Assembly: GCA_965219415.1 (NCBI GenBank)
Contig: CBDCNP010000002.1
Span: forward strand, 5,376,001-5,440,000
DNA from: Candidatus Marinacidobacterales bacterium
GTDB lineage: Bacteria > Acidobacteriota > Vicinamibacteria > Marinacidobacterales > DATDRI01
Length of the DNA stretch: 64,000 nucleotides
Direction of reading: 5' to 3'
A program made the translations under genes and the position numbers. The notes below the pieces were generated by a model that saw only the letters and a program-made list of their open reading frames with translations, ran no database searches and had not been told where the DNA came from. This document shows positions 1 through 11,094 of the stretch, one piece after another (the first letter of the stretch is position 1; each line of letters begins with the position of its first letter).

Positions 1-172
1 AGACCTCGGTGTCGGGTGGCTCGATACGGATCATTCCCGGTTTGAAATCGACCACGTAGCTCGCCTTCGTTCCGCCTTCCTCGACAAGGAGCGTCGCTCG
101 GAATCCCGCCGTGCTCACCCCTTGCGTCAGCAGTGCGAGCATGAGACCGATGCCAACCATGACGTCTCCCAT
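1..172 (-). CDS. N-terminus of a hypothetical secreted protein (runs off window edge)
   Basis: Minus-strand frame MGDVMVGIGLMLALLTQGVSTAGFRATLLVEEGG... is open to position 1 and has a hydrophobic signal-like N-terminus. Confidence 0.45.
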   Translation of the reverse strand, partial: MGDVMVGIGLMLALLTQGVSTAGFRATLLVEEGGTKASYVVDFKPGMIRIEPPDTEV

Positions 173-412
173 TGTAGCGCCTGTCGAGTTTGTCGCGTCG
201 TCTCCTCACCGAGGACCGGGGGGTACCCGATCCGGTACCTGGCCCTTGACCTTGTTGCGCCACCAGTCCGGGTGAACCGGCAGCTTCCCGGCTTCGCAAC
301 TCCCTCGATAACACACCGCCCTACTGGCAGGCAGTGCGTCTTGGTGGCCCGGCGATGGTGAAGAGCAAATTGGCTGGAGCGGGGTGGATCGGAGGTTTTT
401 GGGCCAAGGGCC

Positions 413-1125
413 TTGACGTCGAGAGCCGCAAGCGGATATAGCCACTTCGTGAACGTCACCCGGCTTTCCAACGGAGAGCTCATCGCTCATCTGGCTGGCG
501 CAGGACCCGATGACCCTGCCTGGCTAGAGTTCGTGTCCCGCTTCGAACGCCGCATCCGGCTTACGATCTATCGTCGGTTTCGAGTCGAAGCGGAGCACAA
601 CCGAGCCTCGGACGTCGATTGGACCGGCGAAATGGTGCGAGATCTGACTCAGGACGTATTCTTGCGACTTCTCGATGCTGGGAGAAAGCCGCTCGCTCAG
701 TTCAAGGGCCGAAATGAGAACTCCATCTATAGCTACTTGAGTGCTATCGCTTCCAATCTGATGCATAATCATTTCAAGAAGCTCCGTGCTCAAAAGACCC
801 GCCGGCGGCGACCTCACTCGACGAGAAATTACCAATGAGCGAAGGAGCGCAGGGACCCAGCGTCGGTGAGAACGTGGCCAGCACCCGCCCGGGTCCTGAG
901 CACACCGCAGAGGCCCACGAGCTCAGGCGACGGATCGGGGCGGTGATACAGCGGCTCGGTTTTCCGAAGCGCGACCGCTTGGTGTTCCGCTTCTACTTCC
1001 TAGAAGGGCGATCCATCGAAGAGCTCGCTTCCTGTAGGGCGGTCGGGCTTTCGCGGAGCGGTGTCGAGAAATGCGTCCGGAGACTTCGAGTCGCGGTTCA
1101 AGAAGAGTTGATTAAGGAGAGATAG
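413..1125 (+). CDS. ECF-type sigma-70 factor, split by a frameshift near 800-835
   Basis: ORF 413-838 has a region-2 motif (DLTQDVFLRLL...YLSAIASN); ORF 835-1125 has a region-4 HTH (FRFYFLEGRSIEELA...VEKCVRRLR); start codon uncertain. Confidence 0.8.
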
Positions 1126-1169
1126 GGAGGACCGCAGGTGAAAAACTCGTCTCATCTGAGTGGGGAGGA

Positions 1170-2321
1170 GTGGTCGGCATGAGTCCGGGCGACTGCCCCA
1201 CCCCCAGTGTGCACGCCGCGCGTGCACGGGGTACGCTGGATCCGGCGACTTCGAGCAAGGTGGAAGCTCACCTTGCCGCTTGCGAGCGATGCCGGCTCAC
1301 GGTGCTATTACTTAGAGAGCCCTCGGCCTTCACGGAAGAGGGCAACGCAATGACTGCGGATCCACCAACTGAGGGCCACCTCAGCCCGGAAGAGGTCTAT
1401 CACTTCACCGAGGGAACTATGTCTCGCTCGCGGCGGGCGAACGTAGAAGACCACTTGGATAGCTGCTTGGATTGTCTGAGGGATGTGGCCGCCGTGCTCG
1501 GATCCGAAAAACCTGCTTCGGAAGACGAAGAAGCCGCCTTGAAAGAGTTGCCAAGCCTCAGCCCGGCGGAGCTCCTAGCCCGACTCCGAACGCGCATCAT
1601 CGAGACCAGCCCGAGCTCACACCGCAAGCTGCCCTGGAGCCGATTGAGAACGGGCCTTCCCATCGCAGCGGCGGTTGCCGGGTTCGCGATTCTCTTTTTT
1701 GTCATTCAGACCTACGTCATCGTTCCTATGAGTAGCCGTCGGCTCGTGGCGCAGGCGACCGACGCACTCATCAGTATCCGGCAAGGAACGGGTCGGGTGC
1801 CTCTTCGATTCATACCGGGCTTCGAGCGAGCTCGTGTAACCCGAAGCGGGTTCGACGTGGCGGATCCTGAGGAAGCCGCCATCGAAACGGAGATCGAACG
1901 GAGATTCCGACGAGCCGTCGCTCTCGCCCCCAACGAAGTAACAGCGAGGCTGGGGCTGGGCCTTTTTCTGCTCGATGCGGGGCAGCTTTCGGAAGCCGAG
2001 ACCGAGCTACGAAACGCTTCGGAGCTGGCACCGGAGTCGGTCGCCGTCCTCAACGGGATGGCGGTTCTCTATTTCGAGAAAGCGCTTCGAGAACCAAACG
2101 AAGCCGCCGCGCTCATGCGGGAGGGGCTCGGGCTGCTGCAACGTGCGCGCGGCATCGAGCCTGAGAATCTCATGGTGCTCTACAACCTTGCCGTCTTTTA
2201 CCAGGAGACGGGGTCGGGCAACTTGGCGGCCCAGTACTGGCTCGCTTACTTGGCGCAGGATCCTAACTCAGAGTGGTCGCAAGTTGCGCGAGAGAACCTG
2301 GTTCTGCTCCGCGGCCGTTAG
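1170..2321 (+). CDS. Anti-sigma factor-like protein: two zf-HC2 motifs, TM helix, C-terminal TPR domain
   Basis: HLAACERC and HLDSCLDC motifs; TM segment IAAAVAGFAILFFVI; TPR-like helices; directly follows the ECF sigma. Confidence 0.75.
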   Translation: MVGMSPGDCPTPSVHAARARGTLDPATSSKVEAHLAACERCRLTVLLLREPSAFTEEGNAMTADPPTEGHLSPEEVYHFTEGTMSRSRRANVEDHLDSCLDCLRDVAAVLGSEKPASEDEEAALKELPSLSPAELLARLRTRIIETSPSSHRKLPWSRLRTGLPIAAAVAGFAILFFVIQTYVIVPMSSRRLVAQATDALISIRQGTGRVPLRFIPGFERARVTRSGFDVADPEEAAIETEIERRFRRAVALAPNEVTARLGLGLFLLDAGQLSEAETELRNASELAPESVAVLNGMAVLYFEKALREPNEAAALMREGLGLLQRARGIEPENLMVLYNLAVFYQETGSGNLAAQYWLAYLAQDPNSEWSQVARENLVLLRGR

Positions 2322-2498
2322 ATTCGACCCTTTCGTCAAGCTACAATCATACGCTCCGAATAGCGTCCCCTGTTTCGGACACCTTACAGCTGAAAAGGCT
2401 CTAGCAGTTGAACCCGCTCACCCGGATCGAGTAAAAAGGACGTCTTCCCTCGCGACGGAAGACCCAACTGCCCCACTGGGGCCCGGAGACACAAAGCC

Positions 2499-3851
2499 AT
2501 GGCCAAGAAACAATTTCAAGTCGACAGCCCAGACGGGAAGCTCGCAGTCATGCTCCCAGGCCTAGGCGCCGTGAGCACCACGTTCATCGCCGGCGTGCAG
2601 GCGGTGCTCAAAGGCATAGCCAAACCGATCGGCTCGCTGACCCAGATGGGCACCATCCGCCTCGGAAAGCGTACCGAAAATCGCGTCCCCAAAATCAAAG
2701 AGTTCGTCCCCTTGGCAAGACTCGAAGACCTCGCCTTCGCGGTGTGGGACATCTTCGAGGACGACGCCTTCCAGGCTTCTACCAAAGCGGGAGTGCTCGA
2801 GGCTTCTCAGCTCGAACAGCTTAGAGAAGGCCTCGCGTCCATCAAACCCTTTAAGGCGGTCTTCGACCAAAACTTCGTCAAGCGTCTGAGCGGCACCCAC
2901 GTCAAGCAGGGCAAGAACAAGATGGATCTCGCGGAGAAGGTCATGGAGGACATCGCGGAGATCAAGAAGCAGACCGGCGCCAAACGAGCGGTCATGGTTT
3001 GGTGCGCCTCGACCGAGTCCTACCTAGCGCCCGGAGACGCGCACAAGGACCTAGGCGCCTTCGAGCGGGGTCTCAAGGAGAACTCACCCCAGATCGCGCC
3101 CAGCATGATCTATGCGTATGCGGCATTGAAGAGCGGCGTGCCCTATGCGAACGGAGCGCCGAACCTGACCGTAGACATTCCCGCACTCGAGATGCTGGCT
3201 TACCAAAACGGCGTCCCCATCGGGGGCAAAGACTTCAAGACCGGGCAAACCTTGATGAAGTCCATCATCGCCCCCGGGCTCAAGGCTCGCATGCTGGGGC
3301 TCAGCGGTTGGTTCTCCACCAACATACTGGGAAACCGAGACGGTGAAGTCCTGGACGATCCCGGCTCCTTCAAAACCAAAGAGGAGAGCAAGTTATCGGT
3401 GCTCGAACATATTCTCCAGCCCCAGCTTTACGGCGATCTCTACGGCGACTTCTACCACAAGGTCCGTATCAACTATTACCCACCCCGCGGTGACAATAAG
3501 GAAGGCTGGGACAACATCGATATCTTCGGCTGGCTGGGTTACCCGATGCAGATCAAGGTGGACTTCCTCTGCCGTGATTCCATTCTGGCCGCACCGCTCG
3601 TGCTGGATCTGGCTCTCTTTTTCGACCTGGCGCAGAGAGCCAAGTTCAAGGGCATCCAGGAGTGGTTGTCGTTTTATTTCAAGAGCCCCATGTCTCCTCA
3701 GGGTGTGTACCCCGAGCACGACCTTTTCATTCAGCTCACCAAGCTAAGTAACACGCTGCGGTACATGATGGGAGAAGAGCAAATCACCCACTTGGGCGAC
3801 TACGTCTTTGAGATCGATCCGAGTCGCCGCCCCTCGTTGGTCTCCGATTAG
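2499..3851 (+). CDS. ino1: myo-inositol-1-phosphate synthase
   Basis: GLGAV, ANGAPN, GKDFKTGQTLMKS, NILGNRDG and DSILAAPLVLDL motifs. Confidence 0.95.
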   Translation: MAKKQFQVDSPDGKLAVMLPGLGAVSTTFIAGVQAVLKGIAKPIGSLTQMGTIRLGKRTENRVPKIKEFVPLARLEDLAFAVWDIFEDDAFQASTKAGVLEASQLEQLREGLASIKPFKAVFDQNFVKRLSGTHVKQGKNKMDLAEKVMEDIAEIKKQTGAKRAVMVWCASTESYLAPGDAHKDLGAFERGLKENSPQIAPSMIYAYAALKSGVPYANGAPNLTVDIPALEMLAYQNGVPIGGKDFKTGQTLMKSIIAPGLKARMLGLSGWFSTNILGNRDGEVLDDPGSFKTKEESKLSVLEHILQPQLYGDLYGDFYHKVRINYYPPRGDNKEGWDNIDIFGWLGYPMQIKVDFLCRDSILAAPLVLDLALFFDLAQRAKFKGIQEWLSFYFKSPMSPQGVYPEHDLFIQLTKLSNTLRYMMGEEQITHLGDYVFEIDPSRRPSLVSD

Positions 3852-4089
3852 GGTGTAATCCACTAAACGGCTTTAAGACAGTTACTTACAAGCGCCGCGC
3901 GCGTAGCGGCCATTGCTGTCAGGGTTTCTCAGCTTTCCTCTGGATTCCGCCCTTAATTTTTGAGTTAAAAATTCAATTCGTTGGATGTTACTCCAAGGAC
4001 TTGGAGAGCGACCCGTCGCGCCGGATCTTGCAAGGTATTAAATCATTTAAAGAGAGTAGCTCACAAATATATCGTTTTTTTTGATGCTG

Positions 4090-4105
4090 TGGCATTGAAT
4101 TTGCT
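4090..4105 (+). promoter_or_regulatory. sigma54 (-24/-12) promoter
   Basis: TGGCATTGAATTTGCT = GG-N10-GC, preceded by an AT-rich tract, upstream of a TBDR. Confidence 0.7.
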
Positions 4106-4246
4106 GGGTCTCACACCCTTCTTAAGGTCCCCGTGCCGCTAGTCGGCGCTGAGGGGCCGAAAAGCATCAATCATGGGGAAGCCCGGGGAAGCGAGAAACG
4201 CAATCCTTCAACTTCACTGGGCTCTCCCCATCAATGGAGGGAGTAC

Positions 4247-7160
4247 ATGCCAAAGTGCATCAAGGTTCTAGCACTTCTCTTCTTGGTATCGGCGCTCATT
4301 ACCCCCGCCGCGTTCGCTCAAGGTGGACGCATCGGCGGTAAGGTCACCGACCAACAGGGAGGAGTCCTACCCGGCTCGAGCGTCCAGCTGGTCAACGTTG
4401 ACTCGGGACTCGCCGTCACGGTCGTCACCAACGCCGCCGGGGTTTACAACTTCCCCTCGGTGGACGCCGGGACTTACCGAGTTCAGGTGAGCCTCTCGGG
4501 TTTCGCCGATTGGATCCGTGAGCCGATCATCGTGGCCACGCGTCAAGGTCTCACCATCGACGTCAGCATGGCCGTCGCTGGGGTTGCCGAGACCGTCACC
4601 GTCACCAGTGAGTCGCCCATGATCAGTACACGTGACTCCGAGGTCGGCGGCGTCGTCGAGAACGTCGAGATCGAGAACATTCCTATCAACACGCGGGATG
4701 CTCAGCAGCTCGCGCTGCTCGTTCCCGGCGCCAAGAGGGCCAACCGCTTCGACCCCACCAAGAGCCGGGTGCCGGCCATTAGCTTCGGAACCAACGGTTC
4801 CGGACGCGGCATCCTCTACATGCTCGACGGTGGAGACAATACCGATGACGCGGTGGGCGGGCATCGTCCAACAGGTGTCGATGGACTCCGTTCAGGAGTT
4901 CGCGGTGGTCACATCGCGTATCAAGGCCGAGTACGCCCGTGCGGGCGGCGGAGCCATCTCCATCATCACCAAGTCCGGTACCAACGAGTTCCATGGTTCC
5001 GGTTTCTGGTTCTTCCGCGACAAGTCCCTGAACGCCGAGACCTTACCTCAGGAGATACAAGGCGAAGGAAAGCCTGATTTCCGCCGCAGCCAGTTCGGCG
5101 GCAACATCGGCGGGCCGATCATGCAGGACAAGGCCTTCTTCTTCGTGACCTACGAGCGGGTGAACGAGACCTCGAACTCCACGCTCGGCGTCACGCCTGC
5201 GGTGGAAGCGACCTTCAACCCGGGCTTCATTGCCGAGCATGGTGGCCTTGGGAACATCGACCAGCCCTTCACGCGGAACTACTTCACTGGGAAGTACACG
5301 CAGCAGTTCAATCCGGGCAACCGTTTGGACGTTCGCTACGCCTACGAAGACAACATCCGCGAGGGTGACCAGGTCGGAGATCCAGGCTTCAGCTTCAACC
5401 GCACCTTCGACCAGGCGGCGTTCCAGAGCAACGATCTCTGGAGCATCCTGGCTCGATTCCAAACGATCCTCGGAACCGGCTCCCTCAACGAGTTCGTCTT
5501 CCAGCTCAGTGACTTCGAGAACGTCATTCAGGGCGTCGGCCAACCGGATTTCCATTCACCGGATCAACCGACGCTCGACTTCCCTGGACTCAGGGTCGGT
5601 CAGAACACTTCGACACCGCAGTCGACGTTCCAGAGGAAACTTCAGATCCGAAACACGTTCTCCATGTCCCTGGACACCCATGACCTCAAGTTCGGCGGCG
5701 GCTTGCTGAGAGGCGATCCCTTCGGGTTTGATCTTCCGTTCTCGAACAATGGATTTTTCCAGTATGCCAACGACGGAGATCCTCTAAACCAGGCGAACTT
5801 CTTCAGCCAGTTCGACTTGATTCCGCCCCTCGAGATCCCCTACACCGTGTACGGTTTCTTCGCGCAGGACGACTGGCGGATCGGCGAGTCTCTTACCTTG
5901 AACCTGGGGATCCGTTACGACTACGAAGACGGTGTGCTCAGCAACGTGCCATATGGCACCAACGGGTTTCGGCTCAACGATGACCCGCGGAGCCCCTATT
6001 TCAACACTGCCGACTGTAGCGGGGACTTCCGGGGAACGCCAAACTCCTTCTGTCTGCAGGACGACGGCAACAACTGGGCCCCGCGGATCGGATTCGCTTA
6101 TGACATCGGGGCCGAAGGCGTCACCGTCATCCGCGGTGGCTGGGGCCGTTTCTACGACAAGATCGTCGCCAACGCCACGCTCTTCACGCTCATCGATGCG
6201 GTTGGCGTGCGCGGTGTGTCCATTTCCGGCCTGGTACCCTTCGGACCGGACGCGCTTCCTGCCTTTGACGAGCTCTTTGCAAATTTCGGGTTCCCTCTAC
6301 CCTTCGATCCCTTCATCTCGCCGCTTTACGAAGTGCCTTACTCCGATCAGTTCACCATCGGTGTGAGCCACCAGATCACGCCGCAAATTGCGTTCGACGT
6401 CGATTACGTCCGCTCGGACGGCAAAGATCGGGGCAAAGGTCCGACCTCAACGAGATGAGGGTTCCTAACGTGCAATCATCTCGCCTCTTCAATGATGGAA
6501 CAGGTAACGATCGCGGAGGCCGACTCCGAGTCGTGGATCCGTTCGGCGAGGACACCTACGACGGCGTCCAGCTCCCAGTCCGCAAGCGCTTCTCCAACCG
6601 CTCCCAGTTCACCGTCAACTACACCTGGTCCGATCTCCGAGGAAACGCGGAGGCCGGTTTCTCGAGCGAGGCCGAGTGCCGGGCTTGCATCGGGAATGAT
6701 CGAGACATCGGACCCTACGAAAACGACACCTCGCACCTCCTCGCCGTCGGCGGCATCTATCAGTTCCCAGGAGAATGGCAGCTCTCCGGCTTGCTTCAAG
6801 CCGAGAGCGGCTGCCCGATTACCGCGCGGTCCAGCACGGACCCGAACGGGAACGGGCGCCGGGGCAGCACGACGACCCCCCCTCGACCTCACACCGGGTC
6901 CGAACGGCGAGGCCCCGGGTTTCGGGAACTTCCGTGGTGATTCCACCTATACGGTGGACCTGCGCGTTGCCAAGTTCTTCAACGTGGGCGGCGCCAAACA
7001 GGTCCAGGTGATGGCGGAGTTTTTCAATCTCTTCAACACCGTCAACAGAGGCCGGAACTTCGGGAACTCCTTCGAGTCTGCCCAATTCGGTCAATGGGAC
7101 CAGGCTGGGTTGGAGACCAACCAGTTCCAGATGCAGATTGGAGTCCGATTCAATTTCTAA
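4247..7160 (+). CDS. TonB-dependent receptor with carboxypeptidase regulatory-like N-domain (Oar-like); about 3 frameshifts (~4860, ~6445, ~6880)
   Basis: Signal peptide; GKVTDQQGGVLPG; TKSGTNEFHGS; FAQDDWRI...LNLGIRYD; C-terminal QMQIGVRFNF; spread over ORFs 4133-5077, 4632-6458, 6455-6940 and 6492-7160. Confidence 0.88.
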
Positions 7161-7165
7161 TGCAT

Positions 7166-7203
7166 ATGCGGGGAGGTCTTTGCACCTCCCCGCATCTTTT
7201 TTT
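7166..7203 (+). terminator. Rho-independent terminator
   Basis: 12-bp stem ATGCGGGGAGGT/ACCTCCCCGCAT followed by a T-tract, just after the TBDR stop. Confidence 0.85.
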
Positions 7204-7472
7204 CATCAGGAAGATCTACCCACTTCAAGTCCCCCCGATCTCTCTACCGTTGTTCTTGACCACGATCTCCTGGTTCTTGAAGTCCGCGTTCAACGAACAC
7301 TCGCCCTCACAAGTGATCCCAGCCCGGTGGTGAAGAGTCGACACGCCTTTTTCGAGGAGCTGGATCCGTATCCAAACTCTCGAAGGACGAGTTCATAGCT
7401 CTTCCGATACGATTCACCATGAGTCCCTTTAGAACCGGTCTGATAGAGCGAAAACTCGCTCGTTTGAACCGC

Positions 7473-7488
7473 TGGCATTAGCTTTGCT
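7473..7488 (+). promoter_or_regulatory. sigma54 (-24/-12) promoter
   Basis: TGGCATTAGCTTTGCT = GG-N10-GC upstream of the paralogous TBDR fragment. Confidence 0.65.
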
Positions 7489-7592
7489 AGCCCGCCTCCA
7501 TATAGTTCGCCGCCCTGCACGCGCTTCTTGTGAGGTCGGTGTTTTGTCAAACGGCTAAAGAGAGTCGATGACTCTCGCTATGGAGGCAGTCA

Positions 7593-7816
7593 ATGCCGAA
7601 ACGAATACTGTTCGTAACGCTGCTTGCGGTTTTCCCTCTACTCTTCGCGGCGACCACCAGCGCACAAACCGGTCGCATCGGTGGGAAGGTGATCGACCAG
7701 CAAGGTGGTGTCCTTCCCGGAGCCAGCGTCCAACTAGTGAACTCGGACTCTGGACTCGCCCTTGCCAGCATCACCAATGCGGCGGGGGTCTACAGCTTTC
7801 CCTCGGTCGATCCGGG
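7593..7816 (+). pseudogene. Truncated paralogous TonB-dependent receptor (N-terminus only)
   Basis: GRIGGKVIDQQGGVLPGASVQLVNSDSGLA is nearly identical to the 4247 protein; cut at a MITE end. Confidence 0.85.
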
Positions 7817-7982
7817 GGTGCTTCCGCTGTTTACTGTTGGTGATGTGTACGCATCCCTTTGCAAAAGGGACACTTACGCTCCATTTAGCGCGCGGCGAAG
7901 GTCACAAGCGCTATTTTAACTGTAACTTAATGCACCGTAAAGTCTTAGCGTCATCTCACCAACACTTGATGGCGGAAGAACC
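7817..7982. mobile_element. 166-bp MITE with GGTGCTTCCGC-type terminal inverted repeats
   Basis: GGTGCTTCCGC...GCGGAAGAACC; homologous to 39121-39286, 56584-56723 and 11634-11699. Confidence 0.8.
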
Positions 7983-8070
7983 AATCCGCGCAGAATCCAG
8001 GGTATTTCGCGCCGCAGGGCTGACTTCCGACCCATGGGCTGGCGGATGAATAAATAGAAGGCACAGGACG
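7983..8070. mobile_element. Right half of the 53746-53896 miniature element
   Basis: Matches ~53810-53896 and ends GGCACAGGACG. Confidence 0.8.
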
Positions 8071-8481
8071 CCATACGCGGGCATTGGCATCGGGTGGGCC
8101 GTGACGGAGTTGAGCTACTACGCGCAGTTCATCCGCAAACCGGAGGCGGAGTATTTGCAGATCGACTTCGACCCGGACTGGCCGGCCGACGCTAAACGCG
8201 CCGCCGCAGGCACCGCCAGCATCATGGATACGAAGGTGGGCAAGAACATCTTCGGGTTCCAACTGCTGGCCGGCGTCGATTACTCGTTGAGCGAGCGCAC
8301 GTCGGTCGGCGTGGCGCTGCGCTGGGCCAGATTCGACGATGTCGACGACGTTGCAACCTGGAACCTGATCCGCAGCCACGCACCGGTACAGGCCGATGGG
8401 GTCACGCCGTTCGACGCCTCCCTGGAGTTCGCCGGCCTCGGCTACCAAGCGGTTACGGTCAACATGAAGTACCGCTTCTGA
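8071..8481 (+). pseudogene. C-terminal fragment of an outer-membrane beta-barrel (opacity/porin-like) protein
   Basis: PYAGIGIG, FGFQLLAGVDYSL and terminal VNMKYRF; 5' end replaced by an element end. Confidence 0.7.
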
Positions 8482-8532
8482 CACCGCTCCGTCCTTCAGC
8501 CTCCACGAGCCCAGCAGGGCCCGGCATCATCC

Positions 8533-8757
8533 CGTCCTGTGCCAAAACTCGGCTGCCTTCCATTTATTCATCCGCGCGCACCGAACTTGATCGGTCTCCG
8601 GTCTGCCGGCACCATGCCTGCATGATTTCGTCGTTTGTTCGCGCTCTCATCTCTGCCCGTCGTGTCCAAAAAAAGAGAAACCAACTCCAGACAGGTGCAC
8701 CGGGACGTTTCGGATTAGAGGTCGTCTGGTCAAAATACTCGAACGCCCAGCGGGTCA
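8533..8757 (+). mobile_element. Stack of four rve-element left ends (families A, F, C, B)
   Basis: CGTCCTGTGCCAAAACT; match to 62073-62178 including transposase start MISS; CGTCGTGTCCAAAAA; CGTCTGGTCAAAATACTC. Confidence 0.8.
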
Positions 8758-8909
8758 AGTCCAAAAGCTTTCCCGGCGGGAAGGCGTCCAAGGAAATCGT
8801 GGACGCCCTTTTAGGGCCGACGGGAAACCTGCGTGCCCCCACGGTGCGTGTCGGAAAAACGTTGCTGGTGGGCTTCGATGAGAACTCCTACGCGGACGTT
8901 CTGATATAA
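8758..8909 (+). pseudogene. C-terminal fragment of an ArsC/Spx-family protein
   Basis: LLGPTGNLRAPTVRVGKTLLVGFDE motif; no 5' part. Confidence 0.65.
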
Positions 8910-9052
8910 GCCTCTAGGCGCTCGATATGTCGAAACCAGTGGTGCTTGCGTCATTGACTGTTGCGGGCATAGGGGGAAAACTTTGTAGTGCAATAGGTTA
9001 CATCAGATTTTAACGTCACCGAACTTCAGCTTGCGCCAAAACTGTGCTAAGT

Positions 9053-9146
9053 TGTGCTCCGCAAAAAGTCTATCCAGTGTTGATTGCGCGTTTTAGACCT
9101 ACCATGGTCGGCTGCTTCTGGCCGGTTTTCTTTTTTGCGGATCACA
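9053..9146. mobile_element. 94-bp miniature element (family D)
   Basis: TIRs TGTGCTCCGCAAAAA ... TTTTTGCGGATCACA. Confidence 0.75.
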
Positions 9147-9166
9147 GCGCGCCTGGAGCATACGTT

Positions 9167-11089
9167 TTGAAGCGAGCGGCGATCGGTGGCAGTTTCGTAG
9201 CCGTCATGCTGTCCGGTGGCGGCGCGTATGCCCAGCCTGACGCTCCGATCTTTACATGGGCCGGACAGGTTGAGGTGTCGACCCCCGTTCTGACGATTAA
9301 CGAGGGCGAATTGGCCAGCTACTGGCTACGGCTCACCGAGCAACCAACGGCAGACGGGTGGTGGGTCCGGGTGCAGGTCGATGGCGTCGTGTACATCGAT
9401 GGCATGCTGGAAGACAAGGGGATCACCTGGGTACCGTCGGTCGGATGGGAGTTTGCCCCGAGCGGCGAAGGTCCAACACCATGGCGACGGGTATCGATAC
9501 ACGCGCTGCCAGATGATGACGATCAAAACGAGGTAGTGACATTTACGCACGACGTATGGGACGAGCGCTCGAATTGCCCGCCATCCCTACACGGTGTTGC
9601 TTCGGTGACGGTGCGGATCATCGATGACAACCGGCCAGAGCCAGAACCAGAGCCAGAACCAGAACCAGAACCTAAACCGGAGCCCGAGCCCGAACCGGAG
9701 CCCGAGCCCGAACCGGAGCCCGAGCCCGAGCCCGAACCGGAGCCCGAACCGGAGCCCGAGCCCGAACCGGAGCCCGAGCCCGAACCGGAGCCCGAGCCCG
9801 AACCGGAGCCCGAACCGGAGCCCGAGCCCGAACCGGAGCCCGAGCCCGAACCGGAGCCCGAGCCCGAACCGGGGCCGGAACCCGAGAAAAAGCCTGTGAT
9901 GGTCGAGCGCGTCGTCCTGCCAGAGCTCGGGAGGGCGCTGGCGTTCGCCGCCAACTGTCGGATCGAACAGGCGATATCAAGATATGAGAAGCAAGCAGTT
10001 GGTCTTTCGTTCTCTCCGGCGCTGACCACCCCTGCACATGGCGTGACATCGCTGCCAGTCAAGCAGGCGCTTGACGACTCACTACTTCTCGTCACATCGA
10101 CAGACGACGGGGATGGTGTCGGGCGCTTGGCGGCGTGGGGCTGCGGTAACTACAATTACGTGGGCGGTAGCCGTAACGTCGCTTGGAGCGGTGACGTATT
10201 CACCGCACATGCCGGAGCCGACGTGCAGTTGGGCTCCACTGTTTTAGCGGGATTGTCTGTCTCTCGATCGATGGGCTCGTTCGATTACGATGCGGGCAAC
10301 ATAAGCGGCGACTACGAGCTACGAATGACCGGCGTTCATCCATACTTGGTTTGGTCCGTCTCGAGCTTGAACGTGTGGGCCACAGTCGGTCACGGACGGG
10401 GAGAGTTGCGATTCGTGGACAACGTACGCCCCACGACGCTGAACTCGAGCATGGTTGGCGTGAGCGGCCGGTTGCTGGCGCGGGAGGGGACACGTGTGCA
10501 AGTGGCGGGAGAATGGGCCATGGCACGAATGGACGTTGCGGGTGTTGAGTCAGGGACGGCGAATATGCGGCGGGTCAGACTCAGGCTTGAGGCCAGCCAT
10601 ACGTACGTGTTGTCCTCCGGTCAGTCAATTACTCCGTGGGGAGAGCTGGGCCTGAGACATGATGGCGGCGACGGCGAAACCGGATTCGGCCTGGAAGTCG
10701 GCGGCGGATTGCGCTACCAGCACCCTGCGGGGTTGATCGCAGAAGGACGTGCCAGGCGGTTGGCCGTGCACGAAGGTACGATCCAGGAGTGGGGGGTCGG
10801 CGTGTTGCTGCGTTTCGATCCCGGTATGGTTGGGCGCGGCCTGTCGGTGAGTCTGGCGCCCTCGTGGGGTGAGACCGTGAGTGGCGTGCAGCATGTGTGG
10901 GAGCATGGCGCAACCGACTTGGTACCGCAGGACGTATTGGGCATGCGTATGGATACGCGTGTCGGATACGGCTTGCGCGCCTTTCGCGGTCGTGTCGTGC
11001 TTAGCCCTGAGATGAGTCTTGCTCGCGGGATAGTACATGGCTACCGATGGTCGTTCGTGGCGATGATGCACGGTACGATACAGTTTTAA
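9167..11089 (+). CDS. Autotransporter-like surface protein: beta-sandwich passenger, Pro-Glu linker, C-terminal beta-barrel
   Basis: GGAG RBS + TTG; signal peptide; (PE)n; barrel motifs [22 protein letters not shown] and SVSLAPSWG. Confidence 0.75.
   Translation: MKRAAIGGSFVAVMLSGGGAYAQPDAPIFTWAGQVEVSTPVLTINEGELASYWLRLTEQPTADGWWVRVQVDGVVYIDGMLEDKGITWVPSVGWEFAPSGEGPTPWRRVSIHALPDDDDQNEVVTFTHDVWDERSNCPPSLHGVASVTVRIIDDNRPEPEPEPEPEPEPKPEPEPEPEPEPEPEPEPEPEPEPEPEPEPEPEPEPEPEPEPEPEPEPEPEPEPEPEPEPEPEPEPGPEPEKKPVMVERVVLPELGRALAFAANCRIEQAISRYEKQAVGLSFSPALTTPAHGVTSLPVKQALDDSLLLVTSTDDGDGVGRLAAWGCGNYNYVGGSRNVAWSGDVFTAHAGADVQLGSTVLAGLSVSRSMGSFDYDAGNISGDYELRMTGVHPYLVWSVSSLNVWATVGHGRGELRFVDNVRPTTLNSSMVGVSGRLLAREGTRVQVAGEWAMARMDVAGVESGTANMRRVRLRLEASHTYVLSSGQSITPWGELGLRHDGGDGETGFGLEVGGGLRYQHPAGLIAEGRARRLAVHEGTIQEWGVGVLLRFDPGMVGRGLSVSLAPSWGETVSGVQHVWEHGATDLVPQDVLGMRMDTRVGYGLRAFRGRVVLSPEMSLARGIVHGYRWSFVAMMHGTIQF
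9635..9886 (+). repeat. Coding 6/18-bp tandem repeat encoding about 42 Pro-Glu dipeptides
   Basis: CCGGAGCCCGAGCCCGAA units. Confidence 0.95.
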
Positions 11090-11094
11090 ACGCG

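Noticed and set aside
9523-10095. Antisense GS-rich and RAPV-repeat ORFs
   Set aside because: Shadows of the Pro-Glu repeat
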